Assembly: GCF_009914755.1 (NCBI RefSeq)
Contig: NC_060940.1
DNA length: 64,000 nt
Source of the DNA: the human T2T-CHM13v2.0 reference genome, Homo sapiens
Direction: 5' to 3' (one strand)
In this document: piece after piece, positions 14,607 to 27,710 of the stretch
How positions within the stretch are numbered: the stretch's first letter is position 1
Layout: every line of letters starts with the position of its first letter
The notes under the pieces: generated by a model
What the model was told of the DNA's origin: nothing
Database searches by the model: none
What the model saw: the letters and a program-made list of their open reading frames with translations, nothing else
Program-made: the position numbers and the translations under genes

Positions 14607-15557
14607 GAGAAATAAGCACTGTGGAAATAAGGGAGATGAGAATTGAATAGTAGAATGAAGTTTGGGATAATGTAGACATAGAAGTTCCTAATTTAAAGTT
14701 ATATACAATTTCCAAATGGTCATAAATTCGCCTCTGAGTTTCCTAAGAGCCAAAACACAAGAGAAATAAGGTAGCTTCTTCCAGGATTTCAGTGTGTGTG
14801 TCTGTGGGGGGCGGGGGGGCGCAAAGTTTAAATATAGAAAACAAAAATGTTGCTTGGCATACATGCAATGTACCCTCATGCCCGACACTGCAATCCGAGA
14901 GGAAGCCCTTGACATAGTAGATGCCATGCTGAATGTTGTCCCCAGGACTTCAAAGATCACATTTGTCTATTTCCGACTTTGTTACTCAAGATAAACCAAA
15001 GATGCGGGGCCACAGCTCTAACTGGTGAAAAGAATCCTAAGAGGGCTCACAGCAATGCCACGGCCAGAGGACGGCAGCCAAGGGCTAATTGTGCTGGCTC
15101 TGGATTCAAATCCTGGCCACTTACTTGCTGTGTGGCCACTTCCATGGGACTTTAGCCAAGCTGCCTCATCACCTCCTGAGCCTCAGTTTCTTCTTCTGTG
15201 AAACAGAGTTAAAAATGAACGTGCATGAGACAGTGGGGCCACCTCCTTGCCTGGAGTCCAAGCTGCCTCTGCGCACGCCCACCTCCTCCATGCTTTTCCT
15301 CGCAGCTTGTCTCTGCCGTCTAAGGTTCCATGGTGCCTCCCACATTCCCAGACGTTCACGGCCTGAGGCCAGAACACTCCCCATTCCCGGAGTTGCACCT
15401 GACCAACGCCCTGGCCATGGAGTCATCACAGCAGCCCCACAAACACCAGCATCCATGCCAGAGCTTCCCACTGAGAGTGGGTTTCAGATGGGGCCATTCT
15501 TTACTCTTTCCACTCCCTCAGCAATGCAAAGAAAGGGAAGGAACCAACAAGAGGCCT

Positions 15558-15864
15558 CTTTTCTTTTCTTTTTTTTTTTTCTTTTGAGACAGAGTCTCGC
15601 TCTTTCACCCAGGCTGGAGTGCAGTGCCACAATTTTGGCTCACTGCAACCTCTGCCTCCCAGATTCCAGCAATTTCCTGCCTCAGCCTCCTGAATAGCTG
15701 GGATTATCGGTGCCTGTCACTACGCCTGGCTGATTTTTGTATTTTTAGTAGAAACAGTGTTTCACCATCTTGGCCAGGCTGGTCTTGAACTCCTGACCTC
15801 ATGATCCACCCGCCTCTGCCTCCCAAAGTGCTGGGATTACAGGCGTGAGCCACCATGGCCCGCC
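15558..15864 (-). mobile_element. AluS element
   Basis: Poly-T, gagacagagtctcgc..gggattacaggcgtgagccacc. Confidence 0.92.
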
Positions 15865-16376
15865 TTTTAACTTGGTTCTTCTGTAGCAAAAGGGTGAGCC
15901 CGCCCAAGTGATACCAATTCATGAAAGCCAGGATGTCAAGGAACCGACATCAGACACACAGCCAAATGCTACCAGTTGGCCCTGCAATTGCCTTTCATTA
16001 TTCTTTGTGAACTGACAGTAAAACTCTTTGTGAAAGGCAGTAAGAAAACATCCAGGACTCTCTTGGACTCTGGGCTGCTGGGTTTGGTTGTGCAGGTTGT
16101 TTACTGCCCAAGGTGCCTGGCCAAGGAGACACGTGGGGGTTGAAGGCCAGCCCATCCTGCACTCCCCAGGCCTTGCACCTGGCTCAGGGCTAGATATGTC
16201 AGGAGAAAAAGCACCTTTTTCTAATTTGCACAAAGATGCCATAGGGGCTACTGGCAGCCGGCTTAGATCACTGGCTGGTAAGCCCCCTGTCTTTGTGTGG
16301 TTTCTACCTCTTTTTGTTGATGGAGGTTTCCAAATTGAAAGCAAGCATTGAAAGCATGTTGTGGGGATTTGGGGCA

Positions 16377-16466
16377 TGAGGCTGCAGTGAGCCAAGATCA
16401 TGCCACCGCACTTCAGCCTGGGCAACAAGAGTAAAACTCCATCTCATTAAATAAATAAATAAAATA
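16377..16466 (+). mobile_element. Alu right-arm 3' fragment with (TAAA)n tail
   Basis: gaggctgcagtgagccaagatcatgcc..gcctgggcaacaagag. Confidence 0.85.
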
Positions 16467-16522
16467 AGTGACATAGTATTTACTTTAAAATACGTGATTT
16501 AGTAAAATAAGCAATGTATAGC

Positions 16523-16650
16523 TAAGGTTATCTTATAATTTATCATCAAAGTGAGACATTTTTCAAGTAAAGGGCCCACTGTGATGAGTGTGCCGGGACC
16601 GCAGCCGTAATTCAGGAAGGTCCTGAGGAAACCAGTATTACATTTGCCTC
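16523..16650. mobile_element. MER94-like hAT MITE
   Basis: aggttatcttataatttatcatcaaagtgagaca..gccgggac..gtcctgaggaaacc resembles the MER94 consensus. Confidence 0.5.
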
Positions 16651-18040
16651 AGTTGAACTCTGTAATATTATTCTATGCCGTCAGGGTGTTTGTAGCATGG
16701 AAAACCACTCACTGCATTTGATCTATGGGTGTCCATCATCCAGATATTATTATTGTCCCCGTGGTCCCTACAGAAGCTGCCTCCAGTGTTCTCATAAAGT
16801 AGGAGGGTAAATGCAATGCGGAGAACTTGACTCAGAAAATACAGAATAAATTTTCAGTAATTTTGAAAGTAAAAGAGAAAGACAGTTTGATGAATACAGA
16901 CATTTGTTCCATTTTGTTTCGTTGTTCTTGTTATTGAAATGAGTACACCCATAGCAAACCGAGAGCATGAGTATCTAATAGAAATAGGACATCTTCTCAG
17001 GAAGCAATGTCTGTGAGATGGGTAATAAAATTATCCAAAGCAAAGGCATCCTGGAATAGACTAACAGATGGAAGAGCCAAGATCCTACATTAGGTAAATT
17101 TCTTACTTCTGGATCAATTCTCTTCGATGCTTAAAATAATTACAGCTCCATAGATAAAATTCAATCTCCCTCTGAATGTAAAATTCTTTAGGCTCTCATT
17201 CTCCTCGCCCTGGATTTCTTGCCCTGAGCCCTTCTTGTGCATTTGAATTTCATTAGCTTTTGTGAAAATATTGCCCCATAGGACCATGATTTCCCTCATT
17301 TCAATATAATGGGAAAATGTCACAAATGGCACTGTGGTTTATAGTTTTGGAACATCATTTCAGGTGAAGGTCAAGGTGAAAGTTCCAACTTTATCTTGGC
17401 AGGCACTTTATAGATAGATGCTCAGGAAATGTTTGCTGAATAAATGGGACAAAGAATGGTTTCTGGGGAAGACCAATGTGATGGGTATTCTCCGCTTGCA
17501 ACCTACTCTGTAACTTAAGAGCAGTGATTAGGGGATCATTCGAGGCAGGAGTAGAGCTGTCTGTGGCACCATCTTCCCAGCCCCCTCCCTGTGGAGTCCC
17601 CCATCTGTGCCCCATCTCTGGCTCAGCAGTCCCTCCTGCTAAGCTTCAGTCCTTCCTTCTTTCCCTTCTTCATGCCCAGTGGTAGAACCCGTCCCCATAT
17701 GCCACCTGTAAGGGGCTGAACTGGGCATTACCATTCATATACCTCACTCACAACTTTGTACACGGTCTTTTGTCCAACTCTCTTCAAATTTCCCAATTTG
17801 ACTTCACCACCATGCCATTTCTGTCCAGAAGCTAGACAGTTCGCTGCTGGCCCTCACCTTGCTCATTGGGCAAAGATTCAAATTTAACTTGTCCAACTCC
17901 AAGAAGATCATATGTGCAGTAGAGCTCACAAAAAGCAAAATAGTGTTTGAAATTGGCATCATGTCAGAATCATTGTGCCTGGGTCAGGTGACCTGAATGG
18001 AAGGCTGGGAGGAGGGGGCTTCAAATGTTTACTATATTTA

Positions 18041-18345
<305 letters not shown>

Positions 18346-19333
18346 TCAAAAAATAAGAATAATACAAATAGTACAAAAAAATAAAGTTTGGAAGGAGAGG
18401 CCAACCCACTTCTCAGAGCGAGCAATTGCCTGGAAACTGGAAGACTGGGGCAGTGTCTATTGTGCGCCGTGACCTTGGGCAAATCCCTTGATATCTTGCA
18501 TTTTAATTTCCTTGGAAAAAATCTGAGGTGGGTTGGAGACTCCACTAATAACAATACACGTAAAGACCTTTGCGAAAGCAAGTTCAATCCCATTCTCGGT
18601 GCTTTTTTCCGAGGTTATTTTTGTGTGCCAGTGCATGCATGCGACCATATTTGATAAGGTATTTCCTGGAGGTGTTTGCGAAAGTCCATCCAAGCCAGGG
18701 GGTCGCTGAACCTCAGGAACTGACCAGCCCCTCCTCCAGCAGAGTGCCGTAGGGGAAAGAGAATTCCACATGGACCCTATTTTTGTAGCATTTTCCCTGA
18801 AATAGGAAGGCAAGATTCTGTCTCATGTTGCATGCTGGTGGCTTTCCCTCCCGCGAGCACTCCCACCCTCCGAAGGAAGGACTTCCCTTGGCCTCTTGCT
18901 TCCTTAGCAGATTTCCTCAGGCCCTCGCTCAGGGGAATGCCGACTCCGCAGGAAGACACCCGCGACCAAGGCCTGCCCCAGGCCCTCGCTATCTGACCGT
19001 GGATCCCACTTGAATCCTTTCCGTTCCTCTGGAAGGAGCGGAGAGGGCTTTGCCCCATAGAATCATCAGAGATCGGATGGTCTCAGCTTTAGCTCAAGGA
19101 AGATGCCCCTCAAATGTGCTTCCTCCAAGCATCTAGGGACCTGATGGGAGGTGGTGCATCCTGCCTGTCCCATGGAGGACCCTTTGATGAGGTGTGTGGC
19201 TCATTACCCACCACTTTGGGAAGTTGCAGGGGGCATCAGGACGGAAGCAAGGGCATGGGGTCTGCTGTCGAACTTCCGCTCTCCCTTCTGGCTACGGATT
19301 GAGGCTTGCTGGGTTATCTGGGAAGGGACCGCA

Positions 19334-19500
19334 CGGGTTGCCTGACGAAATAAGGACGCCCAGGTACATCTGCATTTCAAGTAATAATAAACGTTTCTTA
19401 CAATAGCATGAAACATACTTTTATAAATGTGGTGTGTTGTTTATCTAAAATTCAACTCTACCTGGGCATTCTGTATTTTTATTTGCTGAATCTGACAACT
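19334..19500. mobile_element. MER53-like hAT MITE
   Basis: Terminal inverted repeats gggttgcctgacgaaata..ggacgccca / tgggcattctgtatttttatttgctgaatctgacaactc. Confidence 0.65.
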
Positions 19501-19634
19501 CACACAGTGTCAAAAAACTGGCACACGGTAGGCTCACAGAAAAGCATTTCCTTCACGATGTTTGTCCATTAAATAGATATTTTTTGTGAGCCTACTGGCC
19601 ACTAGGTCCTGGGGACACAGCAGGGAATACGACA

Positions 19635-20078
19635 GTATCAGTTTCTTATGCCTGCCCTAACAAATTCCCACAAATCTAGTGGCAGAAACAACACACATTT
19701 ATTAGTTTACAGTTCTGGAGGTCAGAAGTCCAGCACAGGCCTCACTGGGCTAAAATTAGGGTGTTGACAGGGCTGGTTCCTTCTGGTGGCCCCAAGGCAG
19801 CGTCTATTCCTTGTCTTTTCCAGAGACTACCACGTTCCTTGGTTTGTAGCCCCTTAATCTTCAAAGTCAGCAGTTGCATTTTGAGTCCTTCTCATGACAC
19901 CATGACTGGTTCTCTCTTTTGTCTCATTCAGGATCATCTCCCTACTTTAAGGTCGGCTGATTAGCAACCTTCACTCCACCTGCCACCTTAATCCCTCTTT
20001 GCCATGGCACCTAGTGGAATCCCAGGTTCCAGGGATTAGGATGCAGATGTCTTGGATGGCATCACCTGCTAGCACAGG
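19635..20078 (-). mobile_element. MLT1 (C/D-like) solo LTR
   Basis: acatttatt..acagttctggaggtcagaagtcc..ctgattagcaacctt..ggattaggatg; its AATAAA is on the minus strand at 19698-19703. Confidence 0.8.
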
Positions 20079-20939
20079 TCCCTTTTCCCTCCTCCTGTCC
20101 ATGCCCAGCCCCTCTCCCAACCCAGAGGAACCAGGCACCAGCTTGGCTTCGGGGCCTGGAGAGAAGTCCTTGAGTGATGGCAATGGTGACACCCATGATA
20201 GCAATGAGAGCAGCAGTCACAATGATGGACCAGATGGCTCTCCAAGCACAGACGCTTCTGTGAGTGTTTCTTTCTTTCACCACCCAGTGATCCTGTGACT
20301 TGCTGGGTTCACACAGCCCGAGTGAGTGGGGATGTAATGGTGCATTATCAGGCTCAGAATCCCAAGCTTTCCCTCCACACCGCAGTCCACAGGACCACGA
20401 GTTTCCTCGTGGCAGGGACCATGCTCATCTTTGTGAGTAGACAGGCTGCTTCAGCCAAGAGCAATGATCTGGACTCAGAGCTCAGGGCCAACTCCTGCTG
20501 GATGTAAACCTGGGGGACAGGGGATGGGGGGGTTCGTCATCCATCAACCGGGGGTCCATAGCCCACCTTGCCGGGTTGTTGTGAGGATTAAATGAGGTTA
20601 TCTAAGGGTTTCCTGAGACATTGAGAGCCTCAGCAAACGGGAGTCAAGATTAAGACTCTGCACCCAGTCTTCCCCATGTGTCTGTGGGGCACGATCCTTG
20701 TGGTGTGTGCTGTGCTGTGGGAGGGATTGAGTGCACTGAGCAAAGAACATCCACTCTCCAGCCTGAGTGCTTAATTCCATGCAACAAACCTTTCTGTGCT
20801 CCTACTGTGTGCCAGGCTCTGGGTGAAGTGCTGAGGACTCGAAGATGACTTAGGTTCAAGGCTTTGCCCTTTCATCTATGCAAATTACAGATAAAGTCAG
20901 ATTGCCTCCAAATAATTTGATAAGGCCATCATTATTATT

Positions 20940-21180
20940 ATAAATAAAAAGAGTAATAACACCTAATATGTTGAGAATTTGTACGTGACAGTCACTATTC
21001 TAAGCAATTTTCCTGGACTGCCGCATTTCCTTACAGGGACCCGGGTGGGAGGTACTATTCTTATCCCTATTTTACAGATAAGCAGGAAATTGTTGCTCTG
21101 CATGGTTACCTAGATGGTTCCAGGTCAAATGGCTAGAAAGGAAGGGAATCAACATTTGAACCCAAGACCAGGAGTAAAAA
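20940..21180. mobile_element. MIR
   Basis: gtactattcttatccctattttacagataagc..atttgaacccaag. Confidence 0.65.
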
Positions 21181-21199
21181 GGGCTTGCAACAGGAAGCA

Positions 21200-21570
21200 T
21201 AATCGGGGGTGCAGCTCCCATGGGACACGAACTCTCTACTGAAGCTGAATATGAGCACAGCCTCCCACCTGGAGATTCCACATTTAGGCACAATTGCAAG
21301 AAAAATGTGTCCACGTCCACAAAAGGACCATCACCAGAGCATTCGGGCATCACTGTTTGTAACAGCCAATGACCAGAAACTCCTTCAATGCTTTTCAACA
21401 CTAGGATGGATCAGTGAATTATGGGATAGGTATGCAGAGGAATATCATGGAAAAATGAGAATGCACAAATCTTGCCACACACAACAGCAAGGGTGCGTCT
21501 CCCTAATATAACACTTACCAAAGGAATCCAGGCACCGAAGGGTATGCCCTGTGTGACACCCTTTAAAATG
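21200..21570 (+). mobile_element. Old L1M(E) 3' region fragment
   Basis: cactgtttgtaacagccaa..gaaactccttcaatg..ggatggatcagtgaattatggg. Confidence 0.6.
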
Positions 21571-23084
21571 CTCACAACCAGGTGCACAGGTCTCCATTTG
21601 CAGGGGCGTCAAGCTGGGCTGCAGCTGCTTTCCCCTGCTTGGTCCCAGGTTGGAGTTGGTGGGAAGAGGAAAGTGAGAGGGATCTGGAAGTTGGAAGTGG
21701 AGCAGCTGCCACGACCCCCGAAAGTCCTTGTGGCTGTCCTGGGGAGAGACAGGCAAGGAGGTGCTGATTGATGACAACTTGCTCTTGTTCTCCCTGTCTC
21801 CCCAACTGTAAGCCTCACTGACCACCAGTGACCCAGGGACCACCAGTCACAGAAGCAGCTGTGCCCCGCAGACCCCTCCACTGCCTCCCGTCCCCATTCT
21901 CCACGTGCCAGCCGGCTTTCTGGATTTCCCTGCAAGCTGCACTCACTGATGTTTCTGGAAGCCTCCTTGGGGAGGAACTTGCTTCTGAACCCCCCTAGTT
22001 CCTCCCACAATTGCGGAGGGTCTAAATCCCTGTCATAAATCTGTTATTCCACACCACTCGTAGTAGTTCTGCCTCCCTCATTGGCTGGGGCGTCACAGGC
22101 GTTATCAGGAGGTGGGAGTGGCAGCCAGGAGGGGCACCGGAGCCTCTGGGCTGAGGGGCTGGCTCCAGGGCAGGGATGATTTCACAAAAATTCACTAAGC
22201 TGCATGCCTGTGATTTGCATACTTGTCTGTATTTTTGTTGTATTTCAACATGCAATCTTTAAAGGGTGTTTTAAAGGGTGTTCTGCTATCACAGTCACTT
22301 TTATCATGATGCATATTAAGTTCCCAAAACAGAGGCAGAAGGCACAGAAAATGGTTTCACTTGATGAGTCTGCCAGACTCCTGGGCTGGGATGAGCAGGG
22401 CAGGGACCGCCTTATCTTCTGTGAATTCCCAGGGCCTGACTGCCCCTAACCCAGGGTGGGGCTCAGTGAAGGCCACTGTGAGGAGGCTGGGTGCACACAG
22501 CGGGGGAACCGGTACAGAGGGGGCCTGGGTCAGAGGGGGCCTGGGAGGAGGGAAGACGGGGATGGGGAAGGGATGGTTCCCATCTCTTCGGGAGGAGAGC
22601 CTTGAGTGGCTTGTCCTTTCCATTTTAAGAGTCTCTTATCTCAGAGGACATTGCCCAGAGCAAGGGACGGCACTCAGAAACTCATAAACCGCTTTCCCAC
22701 CAGCTCTTCCAGGGACCCTGAGAAAGACCCTCACTTTGGGATTGAGGGGCGGAGACCAGGGGGATTCTCCGGACTCTGGCTCTCCTGGGTCTGAGTGAAA
22801 TTTCAGCCTCTGGGGTCTCAGCTTCCTGCTAAGAAATGGCTTTTGTTTCTTCAACAGTTACTGAAAGAGGATTGCTATGGGTCAGGGGCTGTTCTTTCTC
22901 GGCCAAAATGGACAAACCTGTATCTCCCAAGGATCCCTGTCTAGGAAGGAATACAAAATAAGTTTCTCTGCAAATTACATATATAATTTTTTATATAATT
23001 AATATACATATGTTAGATTTTATATATAATTAATATGTAATTACATATCTATACATATATTTGCATACTTTGTATATTTATTTT

Positions 23085-23752
23085 TTACCACCTTCTCTAC
23101 TTTCTGTGCAGGTCCTGGTGCCACCCTCTGTCACCTGGGTCATCACAGTAGCCCAGAACGCGCCTCCCTGCTAGCGCCTGGCCTGCCACTGGTCAGTTCT
23201 AACACAGCAGCCAATGTGATTCTTTAACACCTGAGTTGGGTCCCATCTCGGCCCTGCTCCGAACCCTCCAACAGCTTCCAACTCAGCCAGGTGTAATCTG
23301 AGGCTCTTAACAGGGCCCAAGGCCTCCCCGAGCCAATCCCACCTGCCCCTCCCCCTCGCTGCCTCCACTCCGGCCTCCTGCCTGCCCCTGGATGCCCCCT
23401 GCACCTCTGGCCACGGCACCATCTCTGCACTGGCTCCTCTTGTCTCTGCAGGAGTGCGGAGATCTGGGGATCCAGTAGTGGCCACCCCTCCCTCCCTTCA
23501 GGCCCTACCTAAACAACATCACGCAGCACCCGCAGTCTCCAGCCTGTTTCCCTGCCTTATTTTCCTTCGCAGGACTTGACACCCGCAGGCCCGGGGCCTC
23601 ATGGATTGTGGGTCCTCCCGCACTGAAATGGAAGCTTCCTGAGGACAGGGTCTTTGCTGGCTTCTCCCGCATAGAGACCAGGGCCTGGAATGCACTGTAG
23701 CTGCTAAAGAAATATTTGCTGGCCTAATGAATGAATGAATGAATGAATGATT
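23085..23752 (+). mobile_element. L2 3' portion ending in (GAAT)n
   Basis: gaagcttcctgaggacagggtc..aaatatttgctgg..gaatgaatgaatg. Confidence 0.7.
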
Positions 23753-24316
23753 CATCCTTGCCCCGCCCCTTGCTCCCTCCACCCACCCTCCCCGGCCTCT
23801 GGGCCAGTGGCTGCCATTTCCGATGAATGTGAATAGATGGTCTCCTGGGAGCCGCCTTTTCCTGCTAGACTTCCAAGGGCCTGTGTTCCCGAGACAAAAG
23901 GGCCTCTGGCCCACTTGCCATCCCTCCCAGCACACAGGCTTATGAAGGGCGAACACCCTGGGACCTGGTGACTGTTAAAGCCTTTATCACCCTTTCCTCA
24001 TAAACCTCTACTCTGAAACCAGCCAACCCCCTCATCTTTGCAAAGCTTTTCAGGGAAGGGTGGACGGCAGTGAGTTGTCTGCAAACTTTGAGTAGGATCT
24101 GAGCTCAGGGTCCCTCCCTCCCGGTCTCCTTCTGCTCTGTGCTTTCCCTCTTTCTCTCCCTTCCCTTCCCCTGCCTGTCTCCCACCCCTTTTCATCTTCT
24201 GTCTGCTTCCTCCTGTGGGGACAGCAGAACCTATTCCACTCTCCGCTGGGCTGGAAGCCCTCGGCCTCCATGGGGAGCCTGGGCCCCCAAGCCACAGGGA
24301 ACAGCAACAGGGGAGT

Positions 24317-25010
24317 CAGCCTCCTCATCCCCACGCAAAGAGTGCTCAGCCCCTTCATCCCCACGCAGAGAGGGCTCAGCCCCTTCATCCCCACGCAGAG
24401 AGGGTTCGGTCTCCTCATCCCCACGCAGAGAGGGGTCGGCCTCCTCATCCCCACGCAGAGGGGGTTCAACCTCCTCATCCGCACGCAGAGAGGGCTCAGC
24501 CTCCTCAGTCCCACGCAGAGAGGGTTCAGCCCCTTGATCCCTACGCAGAGGGGGCTCAGCCTCTTCATCCCCACGCAGAGAGGGCTCAGCCTCCTCATCC
24601 CCACGCAGAGAGGGCTCAGCCTCCTCATCCCCACGCAGAGGGGGTTCAGCCTCCTCATCCCCACGCAGAGAGGGTTCAGCCTCCTCATCCCCACTCAGAG
24701 AGGGCTCAGCCTCCTCATCCCCACGCAGAGGGGGTTCAGCCTCCTCATCCCCACGCAGAGGGGGTTCAGCCTCCTCATCCCCACGCAGAGGGGGTTCAGC
24801 CTCCTCATCCCCACGCAGAGAGGGCTCAGCCTCCTCATCCGCACGCAGAGAGGGCTCAGCCTCCTCAGTCCCACGCAGAGAGGGTTCAGCCCCTTGATCC
24901 CTACGCAGAGAGGGTTCAGCCTCCTCATCCCCACGCAGAGAGGGTTCAGCCTCCTCATCCCCACGCAGAGAGGGCTCAGCCTCCTCATCCCCACGCAGAG
25001 GGGGTTCAGC
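24317..25010. repeat. 30-bp GC-rich VNTR CAGCCTCCTCATCCCCACGCAGAGRGGGYT, ~23 copies
   Basis: Highly homogeneous 30-bp periodicity visible in register across the 60-nt lines. Confidence 0.97.
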
Positions 25011-25759
25011 CTGGGCTGCAGGAAGCAAACCCCTGACCCGCTGCAGGCTGACCCCAGACACTGAAGGTTGTGCGGGCCTTAAGGCCGTGCTGGGAGATTC
25101 AGGGGGTGACACCCGGGGGCTCATTTCCTGAGCTAGGAGATGCAGGGGCGGGGAGTGGGGCACAGCGCTGCCAGCAGAGGCTGAGACGCACCTGAGAGGG
25201 GAGGAAGCTTCCGCTCTTCTGGCCTCCCGGATCCGCCAGGGCTCCTGCTGCTCCCACTTCCGCCACCCAGGAGGGCCAGGCCGCCGTCTTGAGTTTCCCT
25301 CCAGCCTGGCCTAGGGACGACTCTTCTTCAGTGCCGCCTTCTCCACCGAGTCCTCGCATATTAAGATTCCAGAAGGTTCTGATCTCCTGGTGCTTCAGTG
25401 TAAACGAGTGTGTTTGGGGATAGCTGTGGGAAGTCAGGGCTGAGAAAGGAGAAACACTCAGCTCCCCACACACGTTTGTCCCAGGAAACAATAGCCCTCC
25501 GTCCCCGCCCACCTGGCCTGTGGGGATCCACTCATTCTTTCACAGATATCCAGGACTGGGTTAGGGAGCCTGGTGGTGGCAGGAGGCCGCCCTCCAGCTC
25601 GCTGGCTGCCGTGTGGAAGTCCTTTCTCCTCGGATTCTGATCTAGGGACGGCCCACAAGCTCCTGGCGAGGATGAACTGAGTTCAGTGATGTCAAGCTCG
25701 GCACAGTGCCTGTCCACAATGAGCCCAATAATTGTTAGCTATTGTCACGTCGACGGTAC

Positions 25760-26432
25760 CACCCACCTGGATGCCACTCACCTGGACACCATTCACCTGG
25801 GTGATGCCCCTCACCTGGACACCACTCACCTGGGTGCCACCACCTGGACACCACTTACCTGGATGCCACTCACCTGGACACCATTCACCTGGGTGATGCC
25901 ACTCACCTGGACACCATTCACCTGGCTGTCACTCACCTGGGCACCACTCGCCTGGGTGCCACCACCTGGACCCCACTTACCTGGATGTGACTCACTTGGG
26001 CACCACTCAACTGGGTGCCACTCACCTGGGTGTTATGCACCTGGACAATGCTAGTCACGTGGATGCCACTCGCCTGGGTGTCACTCACCTGAATGCTACT
26101 CACCTGGGTGCCATTTACCTGGATGATGTCACTCACCTGGATGTCGTCACTCACCTGGATGTCACCTAGGTGCCACTTACCTGGATGATATCACTCACCT
26201 GGATGCCACTCACCCAGGTGTCACCTGGATAATGCCACTCACCCGAATGCCACTCACCTGGGTGCCACTCACCTGGAAGCTACTCACCTGGATGATGCCA
26301 CTCACACAGACGCCACTAACCTGAATGTCACTCACCTAGGTGTCACTCACCTGGATGCTACTCACCTGGGTGCCACTCAACTGGGATGTCACTCACCTGG
26401 GTGCCACCCACCTGAACACCACTCACCTGGGT
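25760..26432. repeat. Degenerate ~15-18-bp tandem repeat with core CACTCACCTGG
   Basis: Roughly 40 variant units (cactcacctggatgc / gggtgc). Confidence 0.92.
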
Positions 26433-27117
26433 GTGTGAGAACAGTGGAAGTTCCTGGAACATAGTTGGCATTCATCCTTCCCAATGCTTGCTCTAGACGA
26501 GGAAGCCATGATGTTTGCTCTTCCATTCCCTCCCTCCTCTGAGTCCCCCTCCTCCCCAACCCCATCTCCTTTCTCCTTACCTCATACACAGCCAGCCCTT
26601 ACATGGTTATTTCTTCATGTCATCTGCCACCTCTGGGCAGCCAGGCTCCCCCAGACTCAAGCCCTGCAAAGAGAGGGTAGGACCTGAACCACCTCACCTG
26701 GCACAGCCCACCTGTCCCAGCATGGGCTTCAGACACCAGACCTCATGGGACCCACAGCTCCCTCTGCCCCTCTGGCATTCAGCCCCCAAGAGGTGGCAGC
26801 GCTCCTACTTATACACCAGGTGCCCTTTCCCACATGCCAATGGGCAGTGCTTGGAACCGCTCAGCAGGGAGGCTGCTGGCTGCCCCCAGTCTTCCAGGCC
26901 TCCAGACATTCTTCCTGAGCTTGCCCAGGTGGGTTTTGGGTGGGAGTCCATTCATTCATTCATTTAATGATGACAAATATTCTCTACTTTAATGAGGAGA
27001 GTGAAAATACACAGTTGAGGACCAACAGACAAAAACAAAAAAACCCAAAATAGTTGCTCTGGAGAGTGGCACTGGGCATGGGGAGGAGTAAAGCAGGAAG
27101 CCGGTGTTTTCATTTTC

Positions 27118-27710
27118 TTCCCAACTTTTATTTTAGGTTCAGAGGGTGCATGTGCAGGTTTGTTATGTGGGTGAAGTGCATGTCGCAGGGGGCTGGTGTG
27201 CGATTATTTCTTCACCCAGGTAATCAGCATAGTACCTGCTAGGCAGTGTGTCCATCCTCACCCTCCTCCTACCCGCCACCCTTGAGGAGGCCCAGTGTCT
27301 GTTGTTCCCCTCTGTGGGTCCATATGTTCTCATCATTAACTCCCGCTTATACGTGAGAACATGCTGTATTTAATTTTCCGTTCCTGTGTTACTTTGCTGA
27401 GGCTAATGGCCTCCACCTGCACCCGTGTTGCAGCAAAGGACATGATCTCATTCTTGTTATGGTGGCATAGTATTCCACAGTGCGTGTATACCACATTTTC
27501 TGTAGTCTACTGTCAATAGGCGTTTAGGTTGATTCCACGTCTTTGTTATTGTCAATAGTGCCACGATGAACACACACATGCATGTGTGTCTATTCCTGTC
27601 TATACCCAGTGATGGAATTGCTAGTTCACATGGAAGTTCTGAGTTCTCTGAGAAATCTCCAAACTGCTTTCCACAGCGGCTGCACTAATTTACATTCCCA
27701 TCGACAGTGT
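27118..27710 (-). mobile_element. L1PA13-16/L1PB-like 3' end, 5'-truncated
   Basis: acttttattttaggttcagagggtgcatgtgcaggtttgtta..ctaatttacattcccat; TSD-like gtgttttc(c)at on both flanks. Confidence 0.85.

Noticed and set aside
24215-25163. ORFs of 264-310 aa, including poly-RGD (EEAEPSLRGD) and His/Pro repeats
   Set aside because: These arise from a stop-free 30-bp VNTR that is open in several frames on both strands; there is no gene context.
24317-26432. CRISPR-like or prokaryotic repeat arrays
   Set aside because: The repeats are head-to-tail with no unique spacers, there are no cas genes, and the sequence is human.
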